From positions 64,001 through 128,000 of the forward strand of contig JAWSUS010000001.1 of the NCBI GenBank assembly GCA_033549025.1: a stretch of DNA of 64,000 nt. The letters run 5' to 3'. Origin of the DNA: Desulfuromonadales bacterium (GTDB lineage: Bacteria > Desulfobacterota > Desulfuromonadia > Desulfuromonadales > SZUA-540). Below the pieces are notes generated by a model. That model ran no database searches and had not been told where the DNA came from. It saw nothing but the letters and a program-made list of their open reading frames with translations. Numbering within the stretch: position 1 is the stretch's first letter; the number at the start of each line of letters is the position of its first letter. The position numbers were made by a program, and so were the translations under genes. Below, piece after piece: positions 38,602 through 47,751 of the stretch.

Positions 38602-38835
38602 CTAGTCCTTGCCCCCATGGAGACGGAAGGAACCGTCCGCCGAGGTGATCGAACTGATGGCATGCTTGTAGAGCAGAATATCGCCGCTGCTTTCGACGAG
38701 CAGGCAAAAACTGTCGAAGGACTTGATATACCCGGTCAGTTTTTCACCGGACATCATCATGACGACTACCTTAACCCTCTCTTTGCGAGCCTGGTTGAGG
38801 TACTGATCCTGGATATTGAACGGGGTCTTGGCCAT
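38602..38835 (-). CDS. hfq: RNA chaperone Hfq
   Basis: NIQDQYLN..SFDSF..YKHAIS; mutL-miaA-hfq order. Confidence 0.93.
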   Translation of the reverse strand: MAKTPFNIQDQYLNQARKERVKVVVMMMSGEKLTGYIKSFDSFCLLVESSGDILLYKHAISSITSADGSFRLHGGKD

Positions 38836-38845
38836 ATCCTCTCCT

Positions 38846-39793
38846 TTATGATGCGACATAGAAACATTCCATCAACGTGTGGATTTTATCAGACTCCTTT
38901 GAGGAATCAACCCAAATAATAGAGGAATCTCGTCGGAACCAGGTGATTTGCCTTTTAGCGTAACGGCGGCTCTCCTGCTGAATCCGGGATATGGCTTCTT
39001 CCAGGGAAAAGTCACCTTGCAAAAAACGGATAATCTCCCGGTAGCCGATCGTCTGCATCGACTTGAGGTGGGGCGAAAATCCCCGGGCGAGCAGTGCCTC
39101 GACCTCGGCAACCAGCCCTTCTGCCACCATCCGGTGCACCCTCTCGTCAATACGACGATACAAAGTGTCCCGGTCGGCCGTGACCCCGATTTTAAGCAGG
39201 CGGAAGGGCGTTTCGGCAAAGCCATGCCTCGTCTGCAGGTCGGACAGCCGCTGCCCTGTCAATTCAAAGACTTCCAGGGCTCTGACAATGCGCACCCGGT
39301 CTCGGGGGGAAAGCTTTTCGGCCAGGGCCGGGTCGACCCTCTGCAGCCGCGCATGGAGAGTTCCCTCCCCGTGCTGCTCTTCCAGATCGCTCAGGCGGGA
39401 GCGCAGCGCCTCGTCAGCACCTGGCGCGTCCAGCAATCCTTCCGTAAGCGTCTTAATATACAGACCGGTGCCCCCCACGAGCAGGGGACGGTGACGACGA
39501 CAGGCGATGGAAGATAAAGCCTCTTGGGACAGCGTTACAAAACGGCCGGCGGTAAACTCTTCGTCGGGATCGACGACATCGATCAGGTGATGCGGAACGG
39601 CGGCTCGTTCCGAGCTGGTCGCTTTGGCCGTGCCGATATCCATCCCCCGGTAAACCTGACGGGAGTCCGCCGAGATGATTTCCACGGGAAAATTTTTGGC
39701 CACGTCCAAAGCCAGAGCGGTCTTCCCCGAAGCCGTCGGACCACAGATGACCACCAGGGGCTGTGGGCCGTCTTGAGAAAAATCAGCCGGCAT
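38846..39793 (-). CDS. miaA: tRNA dimethylallyltransferase
   Basis: GPTASGKT; DSRQVYRGMDIGTAK; GGTGLY; YAKRQITW. Confidence 0.97.
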   Translation of the reverse strand: MPADFSQDGPQPLVVICGPTASGKTALALDVAKNFPVEIISADSRQVYRGMDIGTAKATSSERAAVPHHLIDVVDPDEEFTAGRFVTLSQEALSSIACRRHRPLLVGGTGLYIKTLTEGLLDAPGADEALRSRLSDLEEQHGEGTLHARLQRVDPALAEKLSPRDRVRIVRALEVFELTGQRLSDLQTRHGFAETPFRLLKIGVTADRDTLYRRIDERVHRMVAEGLVAEVEALLARGFSPHLKSMQTIGYREIIRFLQGDFSLEEAISRIQQESRRYAKRQITWFRRDSSIIWVDSSKESDKIHTLMECFYVAS

Positions 39794-41592
39794 CAGGTCC
39801 TCTTGAACATCTTTTCGATCTCTCCCCGCGTCAGACGCTGCATGACCGGGCGACCGTGCGGACAGTGACCTTTGAAATCGACGGTGTCCATATCGTTGAG
39901 CAAAGCCTGCATCTGCGGCAGGGACAATTTCTGGTTGGCCCGAACCATGGTGTGACAGGCCATGAGGATGAGGACCTGATCCAGGGCTTCATCCAGCCTG
40001 CCGCTCTGACCGATCTGGGTCAGTTCTCCACCGACATCGCGTAGCAGAGCGACCGGGTCGGCTTTGTGCAGCAGCTGCGGCACCGCCTTGAGGACGAAAC
40101 TGTTGCCGCCAAAGGGCTCCACATCAAAGCCGAGGCGCTGCAAATCGTCCACATGCTCATGCACATGAGCCGCCTGCCGAAAATCGAATTCCAGCACATC
40201 AGGGAAAAGCAAGGCCTGCCGTTCAATCCTCCCTTGCCGAAGCTGCTCTTTGAGACGTTCAAAACCGATCCGCTCGTGGGCCGCATGCTGATCGATGAGA
40301 AGGAGATCTTCGCCGTCCTGACAGAGCAGGTAGGACTGACCGAACTGTCCAATGAGGGTCAGGGAAGAAAAGAAGCCGGCGGACGTCTCGCTGGAAACTT
40401 TCTGTTCAGGCAGCGAAAGTGGTGGCGCAGAAGGCGAGCCAAAGGGATCGGCCGCTTCCCTGGCCTCGAATCGAGGCGCTGGCGGGGGCGCCGCCGGGAG
40501 TGACATGGGAGACCATGGGGCCGACACGGAGCGGGGGACCTCTTCCCGTTGGGCAGGAGCATCCCGGCGGACCTCCGGAGGGGCCTCATCCTTCAACCAG
40601 GCGGCCGGGCGCAGAGCATCCCGCACGCTTCCAGCGATAAAATCGTGCACCAGGGACTGTTCACGGAAGCGTACCTCGTGCTTGGTCGGATGGACATTGA
40701 CATCCACCAACTGGGGATCCAGCTCGATAAAGAGGACGACAACCGGGTAGCGGCCCTTAAAGAGCAGGTTCCGGTAGCCGTCCAGGATAGCGTGCTGAAT
40801 AACGCGATCCCGCACATAGCGCCCGTTGACGAAGGAAAACATGGCCGATGTCGTCGAACGGGTGGAAGACGGCTGGGAGACCAGGCCGGTCACCTTCAGA
40901 TCGCCCTCGCCGCGTTCGACGGCGATCAAATCGCTTGCCAAGGTGCGCCCCAGCAGGGCGAGGGTTCGTTCGCGAAGGCTATCGTGCCGGTAAACGTCGA
41001 GCAGAGACCGGCCGTTATGGCTGAGCTTGAACTGCACATCCGGACGGGCCAGCGCCATTTTGGTCACCACGTCGCCGATGTGGCCCAACTCCGTCTCCTC
41101 GCGCCGGAGAAATTTTCGCCGAGCCGGCAGGTTGAAGAAGAGGTTGCGCACCTCGATGGTCGTTCCGCAGGGCATGCCGATGGCATCCGCCCGTCGAACT
41201 GTGCCCCCCTCGAGATAGATCTCAACCCCTTCGAGGGAGTCCTTCTCGCGGGTACGTAAAGTCAGACGGGAGACCGCAGCAATAGAGGGCAACGCCTCAC
41301 CTCGGAAACCCAGGGTGCGAATCGCGAAAAGATCTTCGTCCGTCCGAATTTTACTGGTAGCGTGGCGCTCCAGCGACAAAAAGGCATCTTCCCGACCCAT
41401 GCCGGAACCATTATCCACGATACGGATCAGGCTTCTGCCTCCCTTTTCGACCTCCACACGCACTTCGGTAGCGCCGGCATCCAGGGAATTTTCCACCAGT
41501 TCCTTCACCACCGAAGACGGCCGTTCGACCACTTCGCCGGCAGCAATCTGGTTACAGAGTTTCTCAGGCAGCAGTTGAATACGGTGTTTCAT
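39793..41592 (-). CDS. mutL: DNA mismatch repair endonuclease MutL
   Basis: IAAGEVVERP; GFRGEAL; DQHAAHE endonuclease motif; CPHGRP. Confidence 0.97.
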   Translation of the reverse strand: MKHRIQLLPEKLCNQIAAGEVVERPSSVVKELVENSLDAGATEVRVEVEKGGRSLIRIVDNGSGMGREDAFLSLERHATSKIRTDEDLFAIRTLGFRGEALPSIAAVSRLTLRTREKDSLEGVEIYLEGGTVRRADAIGMPCGTTIEVRNLFFNLPARRKFLRREETELGHIGDVVTKMALARPDVQFKLSHNGRSLLDVYRHDSLRERTLALLGRTLASDLIAVERGEGDLKVTGLVSQPSSTRSTTSAMFSFVNGRYVRDRVIQHAILDGYRNLLFKGRYPVVVLFIELDPQLVDVNVHPTKHEVRFREQSLVHDFIAGSVRDALRPAAWLKDEAPPEVRRDAPAQREEVPRSVSAPWSPMSLPAAPPPAPRFEAREAADPFGSPSAPPLSLPEQKVSSETSAGFFSSLTLIGQFGQSYLLCQDGEDLLLIDQHAAHERIGFERLKEQLRQGRIERQALLFPDVLEFDFRQAAHVHEHVDDLQRLGFDVEPFGGNSFVLKAVPQLLHKADPVALLRDVGGELTQIGQSGRLDEALDQVLILMACHTMVRANQKLSLPQMQALLNDMDTVDFKGHCPHGRPVMQRLTRGEIEKMFKRT

Positions 41593-41627
41593 CAGATTCC
41601 TTCACCCTGGCAGCCAGGTCACTTTGG

Positions 41628-41661
41628 AAAAAAAAGACGGCCGCAGGTACCCGGCCGTCTT
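41628..41661 (-). terminator. Intrinsic terminator after the ExeA ATPase gene
   Basis: AAGACGGCCG..CGGCCGTCTT followed by a T run on the minus strand. Confidence 0.75.
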
Positions 41662-41692
41662 GTATCGCTTTTCCATCCTGGATGCCGTCTTT

Positions 41693-42595
41693 TCAGGAAC
41701 GCTGCTCAAGGCTCTCGAGCATGCTTTCGATTTCGTCAAAATCAGCCAGATCGTCTTTTTGGGAACCGCTGGAGAGCGGCTTGCTCAAAAGCCCCAGATC
41801 TCCCGCCACGCTCGTAACGACTTTCAGATTCACCGAAGGGAGCTTTTGCAGATAGGCCTCGAACAGGCAGTTGTCGCAGATCGTATTGATCAGACGGGGA
41901 ACGCCGCCCGCGAAGCTGTGAATCGCCGCAACGGTATCCGGTTCGAAAAGCATCTTTTTGGACTTGGCCACCCGCAGGCGATGCTTGATATACGCTTCAG
42001 TGGCCTCCACCGTGAAAGACTTCAGGCTGTACTTGACCGCTACCCGCTGGGCCAGAGGTTCATCAAGACGCAGGCAGTCCTCGACTTCATGCAGACCGAA
42101 AAAGACAATATTCAGCAGTTTTTTGCCGGGAATCTCCAGGTTGAGAAGACCGCGAAATTCTTCCATGAGCTCCCGGGTCTGCATCATCTGGGCCTCGTCG
42201 ATGAGGACGACGGCCTTGCGCCCGCTCGCTTCAATTTCCAGCAGGCGCTCGAACAACTGTTTGATCAGGGTGAGGCGATCGGGAGCCGGGTCTTCCACCC
42301 CAAGCTGCATGGCGATCCGGGTCAAAATCCATTCCGGTGTGACGCTGGAATGAATCATGACAAGAAGGGAGGATTCGTATTTGTCGTCGGGAAGGCTGTC
42401 GAGCATGCGGCGGGCCAGGGTCGTCTTACCAGTCCCAATGCCCCCTACCAGCAGCGCCAACCCCTTGTTGGAATCGACGGCGTAACGCAGGCGGATCAAA
42501 GCCTGACTGTGCTGTTCACTGTTGAAGTAGAAGCGAGCGTCTGGAGCGTTGGAAAAGGGCTCTCTTTCCAGGCCGAAATGTTCGCTGTAACTCAT
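41693..42595 (-). CDS. ExeA/GspA-family AAA+ ATPase
   Basis: HFGLEREPFSNAPD; GGIGTGKT; IDEAQ; GVPRLIN. Confidence 0.9.
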   Translation of the reverse strand: MSYSEHFGLEREPFSNAPDARFYFNSEQHSQALIRLRYAVDSNKGLALLVGGIGTGKTTLARRMLDSLPDDKYESSLLVMIHSSVTPEWILTRIAMQLGVEDPAPDRLTLIKQLFERLLEIEASGRKAVVLIDEAQMMQTRELMEEFRGLLNLEIPGKKLLNIVFFGLHEVEDCLRLDEPLAQRVAVKYSLKSFTVEATEAYIKHRLRVAKSKKMLFEPDTVAAIHSFAGGVPRLINTICDNCLFEAYLQKLPSVNLKVVTSVAGDLGLLSKPLSSGSQKDDLADFDEIESMLESLEQRS

Positions 42596-42620
42596 GTAAT
42601 ACCCCTGAACTCAGAACAGG

Positions 42621-44825
42621 CTAGACGAAGGAAATGCGATCTTTTTTGGATTTACCGACCCCGTCATCATTCCCCGCCGCACCGGAGACGCCCAGCTCCT
42701 GACCGAGGAGGGTCAATTTCTCCGAAACATTGCGGAAGAAAGAGTCGGCCGCGGCCACACGCTTGAAGCACTCGAAAGCCTCGCGAGGCTTGCCCCATAC
42801 CTCATAGAGCAGGCCCAGTTCATAATAGATGCTGATGCGCTCTTCGCTGTCCAGCCCATCATTGGCCAGCCCGGTTTTGAACGTGTGCTCAGCGTTTTCG
42901 AAAGAGCCTTTCTCGGCCAGGCAGATACCCTTGGCGGTAATGCCGTCGACAAATCGGGCTGGATTCTTCATGGTCTTTTCGAATTCAGCGATGGCATCAT
43001 CCAGCAGCCCCATTTCTTTGTAGGCAATCCCTAGGCTGTAGTGCGCTTCGGCGTCTTCCCCGCCGATCTGCGAATCGACCCCTTTTTTGAACTCGGCGAA
43101 GACGCCGTCAAACTGGAAGCGGTCGGACTCATCAACCCCCTCCATCCCTTCGGTGGCGTCTAAGGCACCGTCGTCCATAATTTCGGCAGCGAGATCAAAG
43201 TAGCCTTCTTCCGGTTCCTCGGTGGGGACGGGTGCGGACTGCAGGCGGCGGGACTGTATTTCGCCCAGTTTTTCGAGGGCAGCCTCAAGGGACGGATCCG
43301 AGGCCAGCAGGCGTTGGCAGATCTGTTCTGCCTCGTCGAGCAGATCCTGCTGCAGATAGAAATCGGCCTCTTCAAGCTCCGACTTAATGGTAGGCGCAGA
43401 AACGGGCTCGGGCTCGGCCGCGACCTCGTCTTCATCGACGAGTTCTTCCAGCTCTTCTTCCAGGTCGGTAATAGGTTCCAGGTCGAGTTCAAGGTCGACG
43501 ACGGCTTCTTCGAGATCGTCATCTTCCTTTTCAACCTCTGCGACCAGCTCGAGCTCTTCATCAACGACGTCCAATTCGAGATCCATCTCGATTTCATGGT
43601 CATCAACCGCTTCGACAAGATCTGCATCCGCCAGCGTTTCCACCCCTTCGGCTTCATCGATCTCGTCCGCGACGAGGTCCTCGAGTTCCGCCCCTTGCGT
43701 CTCACCGGTTTCCCCCAACGCTTCCAGCACAGGTGGTACTTCTTCCGTGGGAGCGGCGGGAATCTCATCGGCAAAAGCATCCTTCTCGGCGCGGGACATC
43801 AGATCGAACAGTTTGTCTCCCTCACCCGCCTCTTCATAAAGCCCTTTAAGGGTCGCAATAACCCGTTGATCATTGGGCAAAGCCTCAAGCAGACCCTCAT
43901 ACAGCTCTTTGAGAACAGTCGTCTTTTCAGCTTTTTTGAAAGCTTCCCTAACCGGCTCCAGGGCCTCCAAAGCAACGGAGGCCTTATCGAGTTGCAAAAG
44001 GAGTCGGGCGTGCTCTTCCTGCATGGCCAGATCGTCCGGATCAACTTTAAGGAGATGGTTGAGCGTAACCCGGCTATTTTCCAGATCACCCGTCTCCTTA
44101 TAGGCCCAGGCCAGGGCGGCAAGGATGGAGATATCGTCGGGATGGCTCTTGATCAGCCCCTTGAGCCACTGCATCCCCTTTTCGACCTCGCCTTCACGGA
44201 TGAAGGTCTGGGCCAGTCCGGCCTTCAGGGTCACATTATCGGGGAAAAGGGGGAGAAAGATCTCATAGAGCTTCAGCAGTCTGGCCCAGTCCTGTTTCTC
44301 CTCAAGGACTTTGCAGACATCATCGAATTCGGTGAGGGCTTGGTCGGGGTTGCCGCTGTCGACATAGCGTTCGGCTATTTTGACCCGGATGGAGAGGTTC
44401 TCGGGATCAAGACTCTTCATCTTCTCGAGAATGCCGACAGCCTCCTTGTGTTTGCTCTGCTTTTCGTAAAGGCTGACCAGGGAACGGTATTCGGCCAGCG
44501 CGTTGCCGGCCAGGCCCTGTTTTTCATTGAGTTCGGCCAGGCGTTGATAGAATCGGGGCTGGCTCGCGTCAAGCTTCTGCAGCTGCTTGTAGACAGCGAT
44601 GGCCTTCAGATAAAACCCAGTGTTGGAAAAATGCTTGGCGACCGCTTCATATTCGGTAATGGCCTCGTCGACCATCTTGGCCCGGCTCAGAAGTTCAGCC
44701 AGCTTCTGTCGGTGGCGAATATCCTTCGCATCGACACTGACCAGCTTCTGGTAGTCCTTGATAGCCTTGGCCAACTGACCTTTCTGGATATTTTTCTGGG
44801 CGGACGCCAGTAATTTTTCTTTCAT
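42621..44825 (-). CDS. Large TPR protein with acidic linker, SgmX-like
   Basis: N-terminal TPRs (GFYLKAIAVYKQ; LDPEN); D/E-rich linker; C-terminal FAEFKKG..EDAEAHYSLGIAYKEMGLLDDAI. Confidence 0.8.
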   Translation of the reverse strand: MKEKLLASAQKNIQKGQLAKAIKDYQKLVSVDAKDIRHRQKLAELLSRAKMVDEAITEYEAVAKHFSNTGFYLKAIAVYKQLQKLDASQPRFYQRLAELNEKQGLAGNALAEYRSLVSLYEKQSKHKEAVGILEKMKSLDPENLSIRVKIAERYVDSGNPDQALTEFDDVCKVLEEKQDWARLLKLYEIFLPLFPDNVTLKAGLAQTFIREGEVEKGMQWLKGLIKSHPDDISILAALAWAYKETGDLENSRVTLNHLLKVDPDDLAMQEEHARLLLQLDKASVALEALEPVREAFKKAEKTTVLKELYEGLLEALPNDQRVIATLKGLYEEAGEGDKLFDLMSRAEKDAFADEIPAAPTEEVPPVLEALGETGETQGAELEDLVADEIDEAEGVETLADADLVEAVDDHEIEMDLELDVVDEELELVAEVEKEDDDLEEAVVDLELDLEPITDLEEELEELVDEDEVAAEPEPVSAPTIKSELEEADFYLQQDLLDEAEQICQRLLASDPSLEAALEKLGEIQSRRLQSAPVPTEEPEEGYFDLAAEIMDDGALDATEGMEGVDESDRFQFDGVFAEFKKGVDSQIGGEDAEAHYSLGIAYKEMGLLDDAIAEFEKTMKNPARFVDGITAKGICLAEKGSFENAEHTFKTGLANDGLDSEERISIYYELGLLYEVWGKPREAFECFKRVAAADSFFRNVSEKLTLLGQELGVSGAAGNDDGVGKSKKDRISFV

Positions 44826-44879
44826 AGACTCTTTGCCACCTGGGAGAAATAATCCGTGCGGAGAAATGCGCGTCCGTCT

Positions 44880-44909
44880 AACCTAAACTATCGTCACCGG
44901 GACTGTCAA
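44880..44909 (-). promoter_or_regulatory. Putative sigma70 promoter of the TPR-ExeA pair
   Basis: TTGACA-18 nt-TAGGTT. Confidence 0.45.
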
Positions 44910-44980
44910 GGCCAAAGAATGCTGATTTTATCTTTAGAAAACAAAGGAGTAGGACTTTTCCACCGGGGTCGGGGGCAAGC

Positions 44981-46375
44981 CTAGACAAATCGCTCCTTGA
45001 CGCCACGAAACCAGTCATCAAAGGCCTTTTGTTTCTGCTCGTACCCCGCCCGTCCCATCAGGGCATAGGTGTATTCCTTTCCCTCCTCGACCCCCGGCTG
45101 ATCGAGGGGATCGACCCCGAAGAGCCCACCGGCGAAGACGGTCTGCACCTCCAGCATGTAAACCAGCGCCCCAAGGGAGTGAGGCGAAAGGTCGGGCAGG
45201 GTCAGGGTGCAGTTGGGGCGGCCATTGGTGGACAGGGCCATGGCGGTCGCTTTTTGTTCGCTGCGAATCAGTTGGGCAAGGGTTTTGCCCTGCAGATAGT
45301 CAAGTTCGGGCGCTCCCGGGACGGGGGGAATGGTCAGGTCAGCGCCATAATCGTCCAGAGCCAGGAAGGTGACGACCTTGTCAAAAGGCCCCTCCATATA
45401 CAGCTGCACCTGGCTGTGCTGATCGGTGGTTCCCAGCGCCTTGACCGGGGTGGGCCCCACGTGAATCACCTGGCCGTCCAGTCCGAATTTTTTTCCAAGA
45501 CTCTCCGCCCAGAGCTGGCGATACCAGTCGGCCATGTCCCGCAAACCATCGCTGTAGGGCATCATGACGGAGATAGGCATATTCTTACGGTAGGCCAGAT
45601 ACTGCAGAGCCGCGTTGATATAGGCGGGGTTTTTACGGAAATCCTCCAGGGTGGCCCGTTTCTCCATGGCCGCCGCTCCAGCCAATAGCTCCTGCACATC
45701 GACGCCCACAGCCGCCAGGGGCAGAAGTCCGACGGGCGTAAAAACGGAAAAACGCCCCCCAACCCCCGCGGGGATGGAAAGGGATCGATAGCCCTGCTCG
45801 TCGGCCAGACGTCGCAACACCCCTTTGTCCGGATCGGTGATAAGGATGAAATGGCGGTTCACCTCTTTCCCACAGGCGTCCGAGGCCCACTGACGGGCAA
45901 TGGCGAACTGACTCATGGTCTCGACGGTGGTTCCCGACTTGCTGATCACCAGAAAAACGGTGCGCAAAGGGTCGAGCAAATCGAGGCTCTGGGCAATACC
46001 GGCGGGGTCGACGTTGTCCAGAACATGCAGTCTGGGATAGCCGCCGCGCTTATCTGGGGTCAGCAGGTTGTGGTGAAAGGGACACAGAGCCCGAAAAAGC
46101 GCCAGGGTGCCGAGGGCAGATCCGCCGATGCCCAGAACGACGACATCGTCAAAATCCCGGCGAAGATCCGCTGTCAGAGCGACGACTTCATCGAGAGTGG
46201 AGCGGTCAAATGGAAGGTCGTAAAAAGGCAGGCTCCCCTGCTGGCGGGCCGCCATCAGCTGCCGGTGAATCTCCTGAGTTCTGGGTTTCAGCGCGTCGAG
46301 ATCCGCCTCGTGAATCCCTTGCTTCTCTCCCACGGCATCAGCCATCATATTGGTGTAATCAAGACGAATTTTCAT
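44981..46375 (-). CDS. pgi: Glucose-6-phosphate isomerase
   Basis: GIGGSALG; SKSGTTVET; VGGRFSV; DQHS; DQPGVEEGK. Confidence 0.96.
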   Translation of the reverse strand: MKIRLDYTNMMADAVGEKQGIHEADLDALKPRTQEIHRQLMAARQQGSLPFYDLPFDRSTLDEVVALTADLRRDFDDVVVLGIGGSALGTLALFRALCPFHHNLLTPDKRGGYPRLHVLDNVDPAGIAQSLDLLDPLRTVFLVISKSGTTVETMSQFAIARQWASDACGKEVNRHFILITDPDKGVLRRLADEQGYRSLSIPAGVGGRFSVFTPVGLLPLAAVGVDVQELLAGAAAMEKRATLEDFRKNPAYINAALQYLAYRKNMPISVMMPYSDGLRDMADWYRQLWAESLGKKFGLDGQVIHVGPTPVKALGTTDQHSQVQLYMEGPFDKVVTFLALDDYGADLTIPPVPGAPELDYLQGKTLAQLIRSEQKATAMALSTNGRPNCTLTLPDLSPHSLGALVYMLEVQTVFAGGLFGVDPLDQPGVEEGKEYTYALMGRAGYEQKQKAFDDWFRGVKERFV

Positions 46376-46436
46376 AAAGGCTCCCTCATGGGCAGGTGGT
46401 TTGCAGCAAGAAATTAATACTCAAGTATGCCAGAGA

Positions 46437-47159
46437 TTAGAGCTTTTTCAATCGACCGACCTCGGCCGGGGTGAGATGACGAAATTGACCGGGAGGAATG
46501 TCCTTGAGATCGAGAAAAGCCAGGCGCACACGCTTGAGGCGGCTCACCGGGTGGCCCACCGCCTCGCACATGCGCCGCACCTGCCGGTTGCGCCCTTCAT
46601 GGATGGTGATCTCAAACCAGGTGTGACTGCCGGACTGCCTCACCTGCGCGACCCGAGCCGGAGCCGTACGCCCATCTTCCAGGTCGACGCCCTCCTGCAG
46701 GCGTTTTTGCGCGGCCGCGTTCAGCGCCCCGCGCACGCGAACCAGATAGGTCTTATCCACCTCATGGCGGGGATGGGCCAGACCCTGCGCGAAGTCGCCA
46801 TCATTGGTCAGAATGAGCAGTCCTTCCGTCATGAAGTCAAGTCGTCCAACGGGAAAGAGTCGAGCCCCCACCTCACGCACCAGATCCGTGACCAGGGGGC
46901 GCCCTTGAGGATCCCGCAGGGAGGTCAGGTATTTGGCCGGTTTGTTGAGCAGGATATAGTAGCGGCGGCCTGGCTGGGCGAGGGGTTTGCCGTCGACAGC
47001 CACTTCGTCGCGAGCCAGATCGGCCGTATCACCCAGGCTGGCTGGGTGGCCGTTCACCGTCACCCTCCCCGCCTCGATCCACTTTTCCGCCTCTCTTCTA
47101 GAAGCCAGCCCGGCGGCGGCGATGATCTTCTGCAGCCTTTCAGCGGCTCCCTTATTCAT
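46437..47159 (-). CDS. rluB: rRNA pseudouridine synthase (RluB/RsuA family)
   Basis: S4 domain RLQKIIA..SRREAE; VGRLD; EGRNRQVRRM; follows scpB. Confidence 0.85.
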   Translation of the reverse strand: MNKGAAERLQKIIAAAGLASRREAEKWIEAGRVTVNGHPASLGDTADLARDEVAVDGKPLAQPGRRYYILLNKPAKYLTSLRDPQGRPLVTDLVREVGARLFPVGRLDFMTEGLLILTNDGDFAQGLAHPRHEVDKTYLVRVRGALNAAAQKRLQEGVDLEDGRTAPARVAQVRQSGSHTWFEITIHEGRNRQVRRMCEAVGHPVSRLKRVRLAFLDLKDIPPGQFRHLTPAEVGRLKKL

Positions 47160-47751
47160 CCAGTTCGTCCTCAGGCCAGCCGTGCTCGGCATCGTCTTCG
47201 AGGTGCGCCCCTTCCGTTTCCAGCGTTTCAGGGGTCAGTTCGCTGAATTCCTTCAGGGTCGGCAGGCTGGAGAGATCGGCCAGACCGAATACCTGCAGAA
47301 ACTCGGCGGTGGTGCCGTACAGCAGAGGCCGCCCGGCGATATCTTTTTTACCCAGAATGCGAATGAGATGTTTATCAAGGAGAGTTTTGACGACGCCGCC
47401 GGAATCGACCCCACGCAGGTATTCGACCTCGGCCCGGGTCACCGGTTGCCGGTAGGCGATAATGGCCAGGGTCTCCAGAGCCGCCCGGGAAAACTTGAAG
47501 GGCCGGTTCTTCTGCAGGCGCCGCACCCATTCGGCATATTCGGGGCGACTGCGGAACTGGTAGCCACCGGCCACCTCTTGCAGAAAAAAGCCGCGCCGCA
47601 TGGACTCATAGTCGCGTACCAACTCCCGCAGGGCCGTCACAACCGCCTCTTTGTCCACATCGAGCGCCTCTGCCAGCCTCTCCGCCTTGATGGGCGCCTC
47701 GGAGGCGAAAATAAGACACTCCACGATGGTCTTGATCTCAGTGGTATCCAA
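47152..47751 (-). CDS. scpB: SMC-Scp complex subunit ScpB
   Basis: SRAALETLAIIAYRQPVTR..RGV..GRPLLYGTT; TTG start. Confidence 0.95.
   Translation of the reverse strand: MDTTEIKTIVECLIFASEAPIKAERLAEALDVDKEAVVTALRELVRDYESMRRGFFLQEVAGGYQFRSRPEYAEWVRRLQKNRPFKFSRAALETLAIIAYRQPVTRAEVEYLRGVDSGGVVKTLLDKHLIRILGKKDIAGRPLLYGTTAEFLQVFGLADLSSLPTLKEFSELTPETLETEGAHLEDDAEHGWPEDELDE

Noticed and set aside
43387..43839. Ser-rich plus-strand ORF and apparent repeats
   Set aside because: Reverse-strand echo of the Asp/Glu-rich linker codons of the TPR protein; not a CRISPR or tandem repeat array
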